Origin: Candidatus Yanofskybacteria bacterium CG10_big_fil_rev_8_21_14_0_10_36_16
Lineage (GTDB): Bacteria; Patescibacteriota; Minisyncoccia; 2-02-FULL-40-12; IGHO2-01-FULL-4-A
DNA: 64,000 bases
Assembly (NCBI GenBank): GCA_002794035.1
Contig: PCXQ01000003.1
Coordinates: forward strand, 19,451 to 83,450
Reading direction: 5' to 3'
Position numbers and translations under genes: made by a program
The notes under the pieces: model-generated
What the model was told of the DNA's origin: nothing
The model's database searches: none
Seen by the model: only the letters and a program-made list of their open reading frames with translations
Part shown: positions 28,383-38,248 of the stretch, piece after piece
Layout: each line of letters begins with the position of its first letter
Position numbering within the stretch: the first letter of the stretch is position 1

Positions 28383-29432
28383 ATGTCTACGTTAAATAAC
28401 AATATAAAAGGGGTCGTTTTAAAAGTTTTAAAAGTTTTAAACACAAGAAATCGGGATATAATATCTCGTCGTTTTGGTTTGAAAGACGGTAAAAGAGAAA
28501 CCCTAGAGTCAATAGGCCAGAGTTATGGTATTACTCGTGAAAGAGTAAGACAGATAGAGAATGCATCCATGAAGCAGATAAAGGGCAATTTGGAGGCTGG
28601 CCTTGCTTCTTTAGTTGAACCTTATGTTAATTTGGCCGGATCAATATTAGAGGAACATGGTGGTGTAATGAGAGAAGAAGATTTGTTCCAGAGATTTTCT
28701 GGTTTAGGAGGAAATACCCCCGTTAATGCCGCTTTGGTATTTTTCCTTGATTTAAATAGTGATTTTGTTAGAGAGGCTGATGATGAAGGATATCATCAAT
28801 TTTGGTCTTTAAATGAAGCTCAGTCCAACTCCGTAAAGAAAGCTCTTGGTTCTTTTGCCAAGGCCTTTTCTAAAAAAGGTGTTATTACAGAAAGTGAAGT
28901 TGTTAATTTTTATAACAAAAACGTTGCTGCAAAAGATACAGCCCCTAAATTTGTGGCATCTCTTCTTTCAATATCAAAACAAATAGGCAGAAATTCATTT
29001 GGTCAGGTTGGTTTAACTTCTTGGCCCGAAATAAAACCTCGTGGAGTTCGAGACATGGCTTACTTGGTTCTTAAGAGAGACAATAAGCCAAGACATTTCC
29101 GTGAAATTGCCGAATTGATCAATGATCAGCCTGGATGGGATAAGAAAGCAAATGTTCAAACAGTTCACAATGAACTTATAAAGGACAAGAGATTTGTTCT
29201 TGTTGGTAGAGGGCTTTACGCTCTTAAAGAATGGGGATTTAAAGCCGGTACTGTTAAGGATGTAATTAAAGATATTATAAAATCATCTTCAAACCCTCTT
29301 AGCAAAAATGAAATTGTAAACCAAGTTTTATCTCACAGAATGGTTAAAGAAAATACTGTTATGCTAAGTTTACAAGATCAAAAAAGTTTTACAAAAAATA
29401 ACGACGGAACATATTCTCTTCGAGAGGCATAA
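28383..29432 (+). CDS. Sigma70 region-4 HTH plus C-terminal HARE-HTH (RNAP delta-like) protein
   Basis: RFGL..TLESIGQSYGITRERVRQIE at the N-terminus; PRHFREIAE..QTVHNELI..FVLVGRGLYALKEWG at the C-terminus; no sigma region 2. Confidence 0.8.
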   Translation: MSTLNNNIKGVVLKVLKVLNTRNRDIISRRFGLKDGKRETLESIGQSYGITRERVRQIENASMKQIKGNLEAGLASLVEPYVNLAGSILEEHGGVMREEDLFQRFSGLGGNTPVNAALVFFLDLNSDFVREADDEGYHQFWSLNEAQSNSVKKALGSFAKAFSKKGVITESEVVNFYNKNVAAKDTAPKFVASLLSISKQIGRNSFGQVGLTSWPEIKPRGVRDMAYLVLKRDNKPRHFREIAELINDQPGWDKKANVQTVHNELIKDKRFVLVGRGLYALKEWGFKAGTVKDVIKDIIKSSSNPLSKNEIVNQVLSHRMVKENTVMLSLQDQKSFTKNNDGTYSLREA

Positions 29433-29573
29433 CTTTTCTAGAAATTCCAAGCTCCAAGAATCAGGTTACAAACAATATAATAATTCCAATGTTGAAAATT
29501 CAAAACATTGACTACTTTTTTACAAATTGAATTTAAGCATTGGAATTTGTTTGTGATTTGTGATTTGTGATTT

Positions 29574-30902
29574 GTGATCGCAACTTTGTTAGAAGTTGTT
29601 ATTGGTCCACTAAAAACTGCATTTTTTTATATTAAAGATTACTGGTGGACAGTAACTCCGTTTTTATTTGGCTTTGGATCTTATTGGGCTTGGTTAAATT
29701 ATAAAAAACAGGAGTATATATTATCGCTAGAGTGGGTTTTGCTTGAGATTAAGCCCCCTGCAGATGTAGAAAAAAGTCCCAAAATGGCAGAAAGCATCTT
29801 CGCCGGACTTCATTCTGCATATATAAGTTCTACAACTTGGAAAGGTAAGTTTTTTAGAGGCGAGGTTCAAAACTGGTTTTCTTTTGAGATAGCTGGGAAT
29901 GGCGGTGAGATGAAGTTTTATGTAAAAACTCTTAAAGATTTTCACGGTTTAGTTGAGAATCAAATATTTGCTCAATATCCCGAAGCTGAAATAGTAGAGG
30001 TTTCTGATTATGCAGAGACATTGCCTATGTATTTGCCAGATGATGATTATGATTTATTTGGTATGGAGCTTCTTTTTGCGAAACCTAATCCAATACCCAT
30101 AAAAACATACCCGGATTTTGAAGAAATGTCAGGAGGTAAGGAGTCGGAAAGCAAACGAACAGATCCCCTTGCATCTTTGGCTGAACAAATAAGTACTTTA
30201 GAACCTAATGAGCATATTTGGGTGCAGTACTTAATAAGAGGAACAGGAGGTGGTTGGATTGGTGAAGGTAAGCAGGAGGCTGATAAGTTATTAGGAAAAG
30301 AAGTTAAAGCTCAGCCTGATTTTGTTACAAAATTAGCTAATGTGGTATTAGATTTCATGATTGCCGTGGTAGATTTTATTACTGGCACTGAAGGAGGACG
30401 TCAAGAAAGAGAGGAAGGCGACAACAAAAAAGAAAAAACCCCAATGATGTTAACTGGAGGAGAAAGAGCAATACTTGAAGCTATAGATAAAAAAACCGCA
30501 AAACTTGGTTTTAAGTCTAGTGTTAGATTTGTTTATATTGGACCAAAGGACAATTTTCATCGCTCTCATATTTCTGGTACCGTGGGATATTTTAAACAGT
30601 TTTATTCTTCTAATTTAAATAGTTTTAGACCAAATTCAAAAACCATGACATATTCAAGTGGATGGATGCCTTGGTTGTTTCCTTCCGATAAAGGCTGGAG
30701 AGCAGACTCTATAACTTATTGGCGTAAAAGAAGATTTTATCAGGATATGCAAAAAAGGACTTTTCCTCCTCAATGGATTATACTTAATACTGAGGAGCTT
30801 GCGACATTGTGGCACTTGCCGGGCAAGGGTGTTAAAGCGCCTATGTTCCCAAGAGTTGAAGCAAAGAAATCACAGCCGCCAGCAGGTTTGCCCATTAAAT
30901 AA
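29574..30902 (+). CDS. Conserved membrane-anchored hypothetical protein, partner of the downstream ATPase
   Basis: N-terminal TM, FSFEI, AQYPEAEI, PIKTY and ILNTEELATLWHLP motifs; 17 nt from the ATPase gene. Confidence 0.75.
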   Translation: MIATLLEVVIGPLKTAFFYIKDYWWTVTPFLFGFGSYWAWLNYKKQEYILSLEWVLLEIKPPADVEKSPKMAESIFAGLHSAYISSTTWKGKFFRGEVQNWFSFEIAGNGGEMKFYVKTLKDFHGLVENQIFAQYPEAEIVEVSDYAETLPMYLPDDDYDLFGMELLFAKPNPIPIKTYPDFEEMSGGKESESKRTDPLASLAEQISTLEPNEHIWVQYLIRGTGGGWIGEGKQEADKLLGKEVKAQPDFVTKLANVVLDFMIAVVDFITGTEGGRQEREEGDNKKEKTPMMLTGGERAILEAIDKKTAKLGFKSSVRFVYIGPKDNFHRSHISGTVGYFKQFYSSNLNSFRPNSKTMTYSSGWMPWLFPSDKGWRADSITYWRKRRFYQDMQKRTFPPQWIILNTEELATLWHLPGKGVKAPMFPRVEAKKSQPPAGLPIK

Positions 30903-30919
30903 TTTTAAAATAATCCTAA

Positions 30920-32536
30920 ATGAACAATCCCAATCCAATCGTAGAATTTGCAGAATCAAATTTCCGTAATAGGAAGCTTCGTTTTGGTATAAAACAGGAT
31001 GACAGGCGAAGACATATGTATGTAATAGGAAAGACGGGAATGGGGAAAACTGAGCTTCTCAAAAATATTGCTATTCAGGATATCCAAGATGGCAGAGGTT
31101 TGGCTTTTGTTGATCCTCATGGAGATCCAGTTGAAGAATTACTAGATTATATTCCCAAAGAACGCATAAAAGATGTTGTTTATATCAATCCTTTTGATTT
31201 AGATTACCCCATTGCTTTTAATGTTATGGAAAGGGTTAAGTTTGAAGACAGGCATTTGGTGGCTGATGGTCTTTTGAGTGTGTTTAAAAAGATTTGGGTA
31301 GACGCATGGTCTGCAAGAATGGAATATATTTTGAGTAATACCATACTCGCCTTGCTTGAATCTCCTGATTCAACACTCCTTGGTATTAATCGTATGATGG
31401 CTGATAAGGAATACAGAAAACAAGTTATTGAAAATGTTACAGATCCAGTAGTGAGAGCATTCTGGACTCAAGAATTTGCCAAATACACAGATCGTTTAGC
31501 ATCTGAAGCAACAGCTGCTATTCAGAATAAGGTGGGTCAATTCGTATCATCTCCTATTATAAGAAATATGGTAGGGCAGGCACACAGCAATCTTGATATG
31601 AGAAAAATGATGGATGAGAGAAAAATAATTCTAGTTAATATTTCAAAGGGCAGAATAGGCGAGGATGCTTCACGATTGCTTGGTGCTTTAATTATTACCA
31701 AGCTTCAATTGGCTGCTATGTCCAGAGTTGATATTCCAGAACCCGAGAGACAGGACTTTACTCTTGTTGTTGATGAGTTTCAGAACTTTGCCACAGCTTC
31801 TTTCGCTAATATTTTGTCTGAAGCTAGAAAATATCATCTTAATTTAATAATCGCACATCAATATGTTGCTCAAATGGAAGAAAGCGTGAGAGACGCTGTT
31901 TTTGGAAATGTTGGTACTATTATTACCTTTAGGGTGGGAGCAGAGGATGCTGAACTTCTTGAAAAAGAATTGTTCCCAGAGTTTGTGGCTAACGATGTTG
32001 TAAATTTAGCAAAATATAATATTTATTTGAAGTTAATGATAGACGGAGTTGCTTCACGTGCATTTTCAGCAACAACCATTCCCCCGTTGCCTAAACAAGA
32101 AACTAACTTTAGAGAAGAAATTATTTCAAATTCAAGAGAACAATTCGGAACACCGGAGGAAGAAATTAGGAAAAAAATTGCGGAATGGTATGGTCCCCTG
32201 CCTCAAACTGAATCAGGAGGCGGATCGCAACAAAGATTTGAACGAAGACCAGATAAAAACAGGACTTCATTTAATGATGGCGGAGGAAGACAAAGGAATT
32301 ATGACCAACCTCAAAAAACATTTAAACCACAATCTGATAATTTCCAACAAAAAAGTCACGGTCAAGGAGAGTCGAATACAAATTCTAGGGGGGTATCTTT
32401 GGATAGTGCCTTTGGGAAGGGTGCCGTGGACTTTCGAGGTAGAAAAATAGACCTATCAAAAGAAAAACAAAAAAAGAAAGTCAAAGTTGATATAAAGGGT
32501 CTTAGGGATGTTTTAAAACAAACTATGGGGGAATAG
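30920..32536 (+). CDS. VirD4/TraD/TrwB-like coupling-protein ATPase
   Basis: RRRHMYVIGKTGMGKT (Walker A), DPHGD, LVVDEFQN (Walker B), LSEARKY, AHQY; disordered C-terminal tail. Confidence 0.88.
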   Translation: MNNPNPIVEFAESNFRNRKLRFGIKQDDRRRHMYVIGKTGMGKTELLKNIAIQDIQDGRGLAFVDPHGDPVEELLDYIPKERIKDVVYINPFDLDYPIAFNVMERVKFEDRHLVADGLLSVFKKIWVDAWSARMEYILSNTILALLESPDSTLLGINRMMADKEYRKQVIENVTDPVVRAFWTQEFAKYTDRLASEATAAIQNKVGQFVSSPIIRNMVGQAHSNLDMRKMMDERKIILVNISKGRIGEDASRLLGALIITKLQLAAMSRVDIPEPERQDFTLVVDEFQNFATASFANILSEARKYHLNLIIAHQYVAQMEESVRDAVFGNVGTIITFRVGAEDAELLEKELFPEFVANDVVNLAKYNIYLKLMIDGVASRAFSATTIPPLPKQETNFREEIISNSREQFGTPEEEIRKKIAEWYGPLPQTESGGGSQQRFERRPDKNRTSFNDGGGRQRNYDQPQKTFKPQSDNFQQKSHGQGESNTNSRGVSLDSAFGKGAVDFRGRKIDLSKEKQKKKVKVDIKGLRDVLKQTMGE

Positions 32537-32601
32537 TTATTGAAAATAATTTAAGTTGTGTTATAATAAAAATCGAGTTAAGCCTCGATTTTTAATTAAT
32601 A

Positions 32602-32666
32602 ATATCCGCCCTTAGCCCCGACGACGGAGTGTCGGGGTCCCGACCAAAGCGTCGGGACTCAGCTGG
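32602..32666 (+). pseudogene. Duplicated tRNA-Lys 5' end interrupted by a 42-nt double hairpin
   Basis: atatccgcccttag-[ccccgac..gtcgggg tcccgac..gtcggga]-ctcagctgg; the flanks equal 32718-32740. Confidence 0.85.
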
Positions 32667-32721
32667 GACATTTTTAAAATTAATCAATAAATTTTTAAAT
32701 TAGTTGATATAGAAAGCATAT

Positions 32722-32794
32722 CCGCCCTTAGCTCAGCTGGTAGAGCAACGGACTTTTAATCCGCGGGTCGTAGGTTCGAATCCTACAGGGCGGA
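32722..32794 (+). tRNA. tRNA-Lys(TTT)
   Basis: CCGCCCT-TA-GCTC..GAGC-A-ACGGA-CTTTTAA-TCCGC-GGGTC-GTAGG-TTCGAAT-CCTAC-AGGGCGG-A. Confidence 0.93.
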
Positions 32795-32940
32795 CACGAT
32801 TAAAATAACCCTGATTTTTTCAGGATTATTTTAATTACGCTCTTTGGGATTATACTTCTCGCTTCTGGAGGGGAACGCCTTGTGTTTTAACTACTATTAG
32901 TGTAAAAGATAATAGGATACATTAACAACGAGGAGCAACA

Positions 32941-33576
32941 ATGGGATTTATTTCTTGGCTTAAGAATGTGAGTAGGGGTAGAGTTTCTAATGAAATTTCT
33001 GATACTACCACAAAAGCGGAAGGAATAGTTTCGCCAGAGGGTATGGGTGTTTTAGCGTCAGTTGGTGGTAATAAATTAGAAAGACCGAACTTTTTTAAAA
33101 ATAATACTGTAACATTTAAAGAAACTTCCAATAAGTCGGTTACTTTTAGTGAATGTGGTCACCAGTGTTCATTGGGATTTGAGGTTAGTATATGGGGGAA
33201 TATTCATGGTTTTAAATTTAAAGACGAAAGAATTAAAAAGATGAACGGAATTGAAACAGCAGAGAGTATATGTCCAAAGTGTTATTTTGAAAAACTTAAA
33301 CAAGCTGCTATTCGCTGCTGCTTATGTGGATATGGTATTTTGCCAGGCGACGGGGTTGCTCTTTATCACAAAAGTAGTAAAGGAGTAAACAAGGGTGTGT
33401 CAACTTTTGTTGACGATAGTGCGGTTGGCTGCCTTTTGTGGGACTGTTGTCCTTCAGGCGGTTTTTATGCAGGATATTGGACATTTGAGGGATTTAAATC
33501 AGCTTTCGGGGATAATTCAACTGGAGCAGAAAAAGCATTTACTACTGGTCAAATAGTATCAGGAAATATTAAGTAA
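32941..33576 (+). CDS. Orphan Cys-rich protein (SD-led cassette)
   Basis: GAGGAG 32930-32935; CGHQC, CPKC, CCLC and CLLWDCC; terminator 33581-33600. Confidence 0.75.
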   Translation: MGFISWLKNVSRGRVSNEISDTTTKAEGIVSPEGMGVLASVGGNKLERPNFFKNNTVTFKETSNKSVTFSECGHQCSLGFEVSIWGNIHGFKFKDERIKKMNGIETAESICPKCYFEKLKQAAIRCCLCGYGILPGDGVALYHKSSKGVNKGVSTFVDDSAVGCLLWDCCPSGGFYAGYWTFEGFKSAFGDNSTGAEKAFTTGQIVSGNIK

Positions 33577-33675
33577 GGCACCGACTAATTAGTCGGTTTT
33601 TATTTGGTAGAAAAATTAAATGAAAAACCAATAAAAACACTCTGCCACCGTAAACTTATCCGCTCCAAGGTGTTT

Positions 33676-33734
33676 CCTTCAACAAGTTTAGGATAAACCA
33701 GCCAAGGGTGACTTGTCCTTAGCGCAGTCGAAGG
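33676..33734. repeat. Inverted pair of degenerate REP-like units
   Basis: ccttcaacaagtttaggataaac (33676-33698) and cttgtccttagcgcagtcgaagg (33712-33734), inside a ccgctcc / ggagtgg stem. Confidence 0.55.
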
Positions 33735-33749
33735 AGTGGGCGGACCAGT

Positions 33750-33785
33750 AATAAAAAAAGACCCTCTAGGGGTCTTTTTTTATTA
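33750..33785. terminator. Bidirectional terminator-like hairpin
   Basis: aataaaaaaagacccTCTAggggtcttttttatt. Confidence 0.7.
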
Positions 33786-33911
33786 TAGTGCTTCGTACTG
33801 AATCGAACCTATTTGTCTTTGGTACCTCCGTTATTTTATACCTTGCGATTTATTATTAATTGTGTTATTGTGATAATAGCTGTTTTTACTTTTAAATAAG
33901 GAGAGATAATT

Positions 33912-34289
33912 ATGAGTAATGAAAATTATGATCCGTGTGGCTGTGATGAGTGCGGATGCGGCGGTTTTATGACAGAAAGAGTTGGTAATACAAGTTTAGA
34001 TTTTAATCTTGCCGATATTTATCATGCCATGTCTGAAATTACAACACTGCTTAATGAAGACAATTTTTATTCTCGTCCAAAAACCTCTAGAGAAATTTCT
34101 AAATTAACAGATGATTTAAGAAAAGCAATCAATGTAATCCATGTCTCAAATGAAGATTTAAAAAATTTCATAAAATTTCTTTCATTAGTTTGCGAATTTT
34201 TGAATCACGAGAGTTGCTCTAAAGATGTTTACTCAAAATTTTCCCTTCAATGTGAAAAAAGAGAAAGGGAATTAAGAAGGGCCTCCTAA
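33912..34289 (+). CDS. Orphan protein with N-terminal CGCDECGCGG motif (SD-led cassette)
   Basis: TTGCGA..TGtTATTGT promoter, AAGGAG 33898-33903, hairpin ggcctcct..aggaggcc over the stop codon. Confidence 0.7.
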   Translation: MSNENYDPCGCDECGCGGFMTERVGNTSLDFNLADIYHAMSEITTLLNEDNFYSRPKTSREISKLTDDLRKAINVIHVSNEDLKNFIKFLSLVCEFLNHESCSKDVYSKFSLQCEKRERELRRAS

Positions 34290-34370
34290 TTAAGGAGGCC
34301 TTATCTTTACAAATTTTAAATTGTTTGTTAGTTTATTTATGGTTGTTTAACTAAGAATGGAGGTGTGGTT

Positions 34371-34490
34371 GTGCTAAAAATTTTGGGTCTTTTGTCCGTG
34401 ATTCTTCTTGTTCTATCCTCTAGAGTAAGAAATGTAGTTTTGGGTTATTTTAATTTAAATAATTATCTTCCAGATAAAGATGAAGATTGA
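34371..34490 (+). CDS. Unannotated 39-aa hydrophobic microprotein (SD-led cassette)
   Basis: GGAGGT 34359-34364, GTG 34371, MLKILGLLSVILLVLSSRVRNVVLGYFNLNNYLPDKDED*, terminator 34501-34524. Too short for the ORF track. Confidence 0.6.
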   Translation: MLKILGLLSVILLVLSSRVRNVVLGYFNLNNYLPDKDED

Positions 34491-34563
34491 TTTAAATTAT
34501 GCCGGTTAGTATAATCGGCTTTTTGATTGAAAAAAAACAGGGAATTTGTTAAATTTGATATAT

Positions 34564-35160
34564 ATGAAATATAAATTTGTTGTTTCTGGCGCTGCCGTAA
34601 CTGATCATTGTGCGGAAGACGCCCACATAAGAGCTGAGCAATTGGGTAAAGAAATTGTTGAACATAACGGTATTGTAATTACTGGTGCTACAACAGGATT
34701 GCCTTATTGGTCAGCGAAAGGCGCAAAAAAAGCGGGAGGAGTTTCGGTTGGAATATCACCTGCCGCAAGTTTGTTTTCACATGTTAAGGCATACCACTTG
34801 CCAATTGACTTTTTTGATTTTATAATATACACTGGTTTTAATTATTCAGGAAGAAATCTTTTGCTTACACGTTCAGCAGATGCTGTAATTATTGTTTGTG
34901 GCAGAATAGGAACTCTTAATGAATTTACTATCGCTTTTGAAGACGATAAGCCAATAGGTATTCTGACTGATACTGGCGGAATGGCTGATGAAATTGAAGA
35001 GATAGTTAAAAAAGCTCACCGTGGCATGGGTAGGATTGTTTATAATTCAGACCCGAAAGAACTTGTTAAGGGTTTGATTAAGATAATAGACAAGGACTAT
35101 ACAGCACTAGAATCAGAGGGATTATTGCCTAGTGATTTTCACGAAAAACATCAAGAATAA
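34564..35160 (+). CDS. LOG/SLOG-family nucleotide-binding protein
   Basis: TGATTGLP, AGGVSVGISP, GRN, GRIGTLNE, KPIG, TGG. Confidence 0.85.
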   Translation: MKYKFVVSGAAVTDHCAEDAHIRAEQLGKEIVEHNGIVITGATTGLPYWSAKGAKKAGGVSVGISPAASLFSHVKAYHLPIDFFDFIIYTGFNYSGRNLLLTRSADAVIIVCGRIGTLNEFTIAFEDDKPIGILTDTGGMADEIEEIVKKAHRGMGRIVYNSDPKELVKGLIKIIDKDYTALESEGLLPSDFHEKHQE

Positions 35161-35242
35161 GTTTTTCTAAAAATTAAAATATTTAAACATTTCAACATTA
35201 ATGCATCCAAATTAATAAGGATGCATGATTTGTAAATAAGTA

Positions 35243-37567
35243 ATGTCTATACAAAAAAATAAAATCCACGATTTGCCTTTGATTGCGTTGAAAAACGTAA
35301 TTCTTTTTCCGCGCATTGCCATGCCTCTTTTAGTTCAAAGGCCTAAATCAATCAGGGCTTTAGAGTATGCCATGTCCAAAGACAAGTTGGTAGTTTTTGT
35401 TGGTCAAAAAGATCCAAGGGATGATGTTAATGAAGGTAATTTATTTGACGTTGGTACAGTAGGTAAGATTTTTGAAATTCACAAGATGCCTGATGGAACA
35501 TCTCGTGTTGATGTTGAAGGTATTGCGAGAGTAAAAATTAAAAACTATAGTTCTACAGATCCATTTTTTAGCGCCAAGGTTGAAGATTATAAAATATCTC
35601 TTACAAAAAATGTTGAAACACAAGCCTTGATGCGAACAGTGGCAGATCAGTTAAGGAAGATTCTTGGTTCAAAAACTGTATCGGGGCCTATCTCTGATGT
35701 TATGGTAGCTTTGAGTCAGGTTAAAGATCCTGAGCAATTGGTTTATCTTGCAGCCATGCACTTGAGTCTTGAAATTAAAGACCAGCAAGAAATTCTTGAA
35801 GCTGTTGATGTTATGGATGCTTTAAAGAAGGTTAATTTTTATTTAAATCGTGAAATAGAAATTTTAAGTACAGAGCAAAAGGTGGCTCGTGAAACCAAGA
35901 GACAACTTGGAAAAATGCAAAAGGAAGTATTTTTGCGAGAACAGCTTAAAAGCATTGAAAAAGAGCTGGGTCTTGATGGTGAAAAAGGTGAGTTTGAAGT
36001 TTTAAGGCAGAAGATTAGCGATGCAGGGATGCCGAAAGATATAAGAGATAAGGCAGAAAAAGAACTTGGTCGTCTTGAAAAAATGCCTCCGTTTAGTCCG
36101 GAAGTTTCTTATTTAAGAACTTATCTTGATTGGCTGGTTGATTTGCCTTGGTCAAAAAAATCAAAAGGCAAAATTGACATGAAAGAAGCTGATAAAATAT
36201 TAAATAACGATCACTATGGTCTTAAAAAAGCAAAAGAAAGAATCTTAGAATATCTTGCTGTTCAAAAACAGGTAGGGAAAATAAAGGGGCCAATTCTTTG
36301 TTTTGTTGGTCCTCCTGGCGTAGGTAAGACATCTATTGGTAAATCAATCGCCAAGGCTCTTGATAGGGAGTTTGTAAGAGTGTCACTGGGTGGTTTGCGA
36401 GATGAGGCGGAAATAAGAGGCCACAGAAGAACTTATGTGGGGGCTTTGCCTGGAAGAATAATTCAGGGAATAAATAATGCCAAAACTCGCAATCCTGTGT
36501 TTATGTTGGATGAAATAGATAAGGTGGGTACAGATTTCAGGGGTGATCCTTCTTCAGCACTTCTTGAAGCATTGGACCCAGAACAAAATCATTCTTTCTC
36601 AGATCATTATCTTGAAGTACCTTTTGATTTGTCTGATGTTTTGTTTATTACGACAGCCAACATGTTGGATACGATTCCGCCAGCGCTTCGCGACCGTCTT
36701 GAGATAATAGAATTTCCTGGTTATACAGAGGATGAAAAATTACATATTGCTAAACAGTTTTTGGTTAAAAAAGTATTGGAAGAACATGGAATAAAAATTA
36801 ACAACATGTCGTTTACTGACGGAGCTTTAAAAGACATTATAAGAAAACACACACGAGAAGCAGGAGTTAGAAACCTTGAAAGACAAGTAGCTAAAGTTAT
36901 AAGAAAAATTACACGAAAAATGATTGAGAATAAAATTAAGGGAAAGGTGAAAGTTGATTCAAAATCAATACATTCTTATTTGGGAGCAGAAAGGTATACA
37001 CATCTTGAGGCTGAAAAAAAAGATGAAGTAGGTATTGCTACGGGTCTTGCTTGGACACCTGCCGGTGGTGAAATATTATTTATAGAATCATCTAAAATGC
37101 CCGGCAAGGGTAAGCTTACCCTAACTGGCCATCTTGGGAATGTTATGAAAGAATCCGTGCAAACAGCATTAAGTTACGCTAGAAACAAGTCATCAAAAAT
37201 GGGTTCAGATGATGATTTTTATAAAGAAGATATTCATGTTCATGTCCCTTCCGGTGCTATACCAAAAGATGGTCCTTCTGCTGGTGTTGCTATTGCTGTT
37301 TCTCTAATTTCTTTATTGACTGGTAAAAAAGTTTTTAAAGATGTTGGCATGACGGGTGAGATAACTTTGCGAGGCAAGGTGCTTGAAATTGGAGGTTTAA
37401 AAGAAAAGATACTTGCAGCTCATAGAGCAGGTTTGAAAAAGGTTATAGTGCCTGCTGGCAACAAGAAAGACCTTATTGAAGATGTTCCTTCTGAAATTAA
37501 AAAAGCTTTGGATTTTAAGATGGTGAAAGATATGAATGAGGTTATAAAAATAGCAATTCAAAAGTAA
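35243..37567 (+). CDS. lon: ATP-dependent Lon protease
   Basis: LON N-domain, GPPGVGKT, HRRTYVGA, LDEIDK, PKDGPSAG. Confidence 0.97.
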   Translation: MSIQKNKIHDLPLIALKNVILFPRIAMPLLVQRPKSIRALEYAMSKDKLVVFVGQKDPRDDVNEGNLFDVGTVGKIFEIHKMPDGTSRVDVEGIARVKIKNYSSTDPFFSAKVEDYKISLTKNVETQALMRTVADQLRKILGSKTVSGPISDVMVALSQVKDPEQLVYLAAMHLSLEIKDQQEILEAVDVMDALKKVNFYLNREIEILSTEQKVARETKRQLGKMQKEVFLREQLKSIEKELGLDGEKGEFEVLRQKISDAGMPKDIRDKAEKELGRLEKMPPFSPEVSYLRTYLDWLVDLPWSKKSKGKIDMKEADKILNNDHYGLKKAKERILEYLAVQKQVGKIKGPILCFVGPPGVGKTSIGKSIAKALDREFVRVSLGGLRDEAEIRGHRRTYVGALPGRIIQGINNAKTRNPVFMLDEIDKVGTDFRGDPSSALLEALDPEQNHSFSDHYLEVPFDLSDVLFITTANMLDTIPPALRDRLEIIEFPGYTEDEKLHIAKQFLVKKVLEEHGIKINNMSFTDGALKDIIRKHTREAGVRNLERQVAKVIRKITRKMIENKIKGKVKVDSKSIHSYLGAERYTHLEAEKKDEVGIATGLAWTPAGGEILFIESSKMPGKGKLTLTGHLGNVMKESVQTALSYARNKSSKMGSDDDFYKEDIHVHVPSGAIPKDGPSAGVAIAVSLISLLTGKKVFKDVGMTGEITLRGKVLEIGGLKEKILAAHRAGLKKVIVPAGNKKDLIEDVPSEIKKALDFKMVKDMNEVIKIAIQK

Positions 37568-37590
37568 TCTTATTTAACATCAGATGTTAC

Positions 37591-37622
37591 AAAATAAGAC
37601 CCGTTCAAGCGGGTCTTATTTT
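37591..37622 (+). terminator. lon terminator
   Basis: aaaataagacccg-ttcaag-cgggtcttatttt. Confidence 0.8.
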
Positions 37623-37759
37623 AATTTTTGCTTTTTGTTTTTACCTCTTTTATTAAACTGATTAAATGGGGTAAAATATAAGAAATACTTATTATCTGGC
37701 AATTGGCATAAAATTTACCAATACGTAAGTTCAAAAGCCAAGTACTAGATGTTAATTTT

Positions 37760-38227
37760 ATGTTGCATGAGTCTCAATTAATAATTCGTCTTTTTGTTGC
37801 TGCTTTGCTTGGAGCAGCGATAGGCTTTGAGCGCGAAAAATCAAACAAGGTAGCGGGACTGAGAACTCATTCTTTGGTTGCAATAGGGGCAGCCTTAATC
37901 TCTATACTTTCGGTATACGGGTTTGAAGATTTGACGGTGGATTCAAGTTACGACCCTTCCCGCTTGATTTCTAACATAATAGTGGGAATTGGTTTTATAG
38001 GAGGTGGTGCAATATTGAAATATGGCGGAAAGGTTGTTGGTATTACTACTGCTGCAACTCTTTGGGTGGTGGCGGCGGTAGGTATTGCTGTAGGTCTTGG
38101 AATGTATCTGGCAGCAGTTTCTGCGAGTGTTATTGTGTATATTATTCTTACAGTCTTGTGGCGTATAGAACATTTTTTTATTGGACACAAAAAATCTGAT
38201 TCAGAAACAATAGATATAACTGGATAA
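37760..38227 (+). CDS. MgtC/SapB family membrane protein
   Basis: IGFERE, AGLRTH, DPSRL, GIGFIGGGAI, GITTAATLW. Confidence 0.92.
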   Translation: MLHESQLIIRLFVAALLGAAIGFEREKSNKVAGLRTHSLVAIGAALISILSVYGFEDLTVDSSYDPSRLISNIIVGIGFIGGGAILKYGGKVVGITTAATLWVVAAVGIAVGLGMYLAAVSASVIVYIILTVLWRIEHFFIGHKKSDSETIDITG

Positions 38228-38248
38228 TAATAACAACAATCTGTTTAT

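Noticed and set aside
29551-29578. Tandem repeats as a possible CRISPR array
   Set aside because: 7-mer microsatellite without spacers; no CRISPR array or cas gene was seen anywhere in the window.
33788-33810. Minus-strand GGTTCGATTC..GCAC resembling a tRNA 3' fragment or att site
   Set aside because: The T stem does not pair and it does not match tRNA-Lys or any other tRNA in the window.
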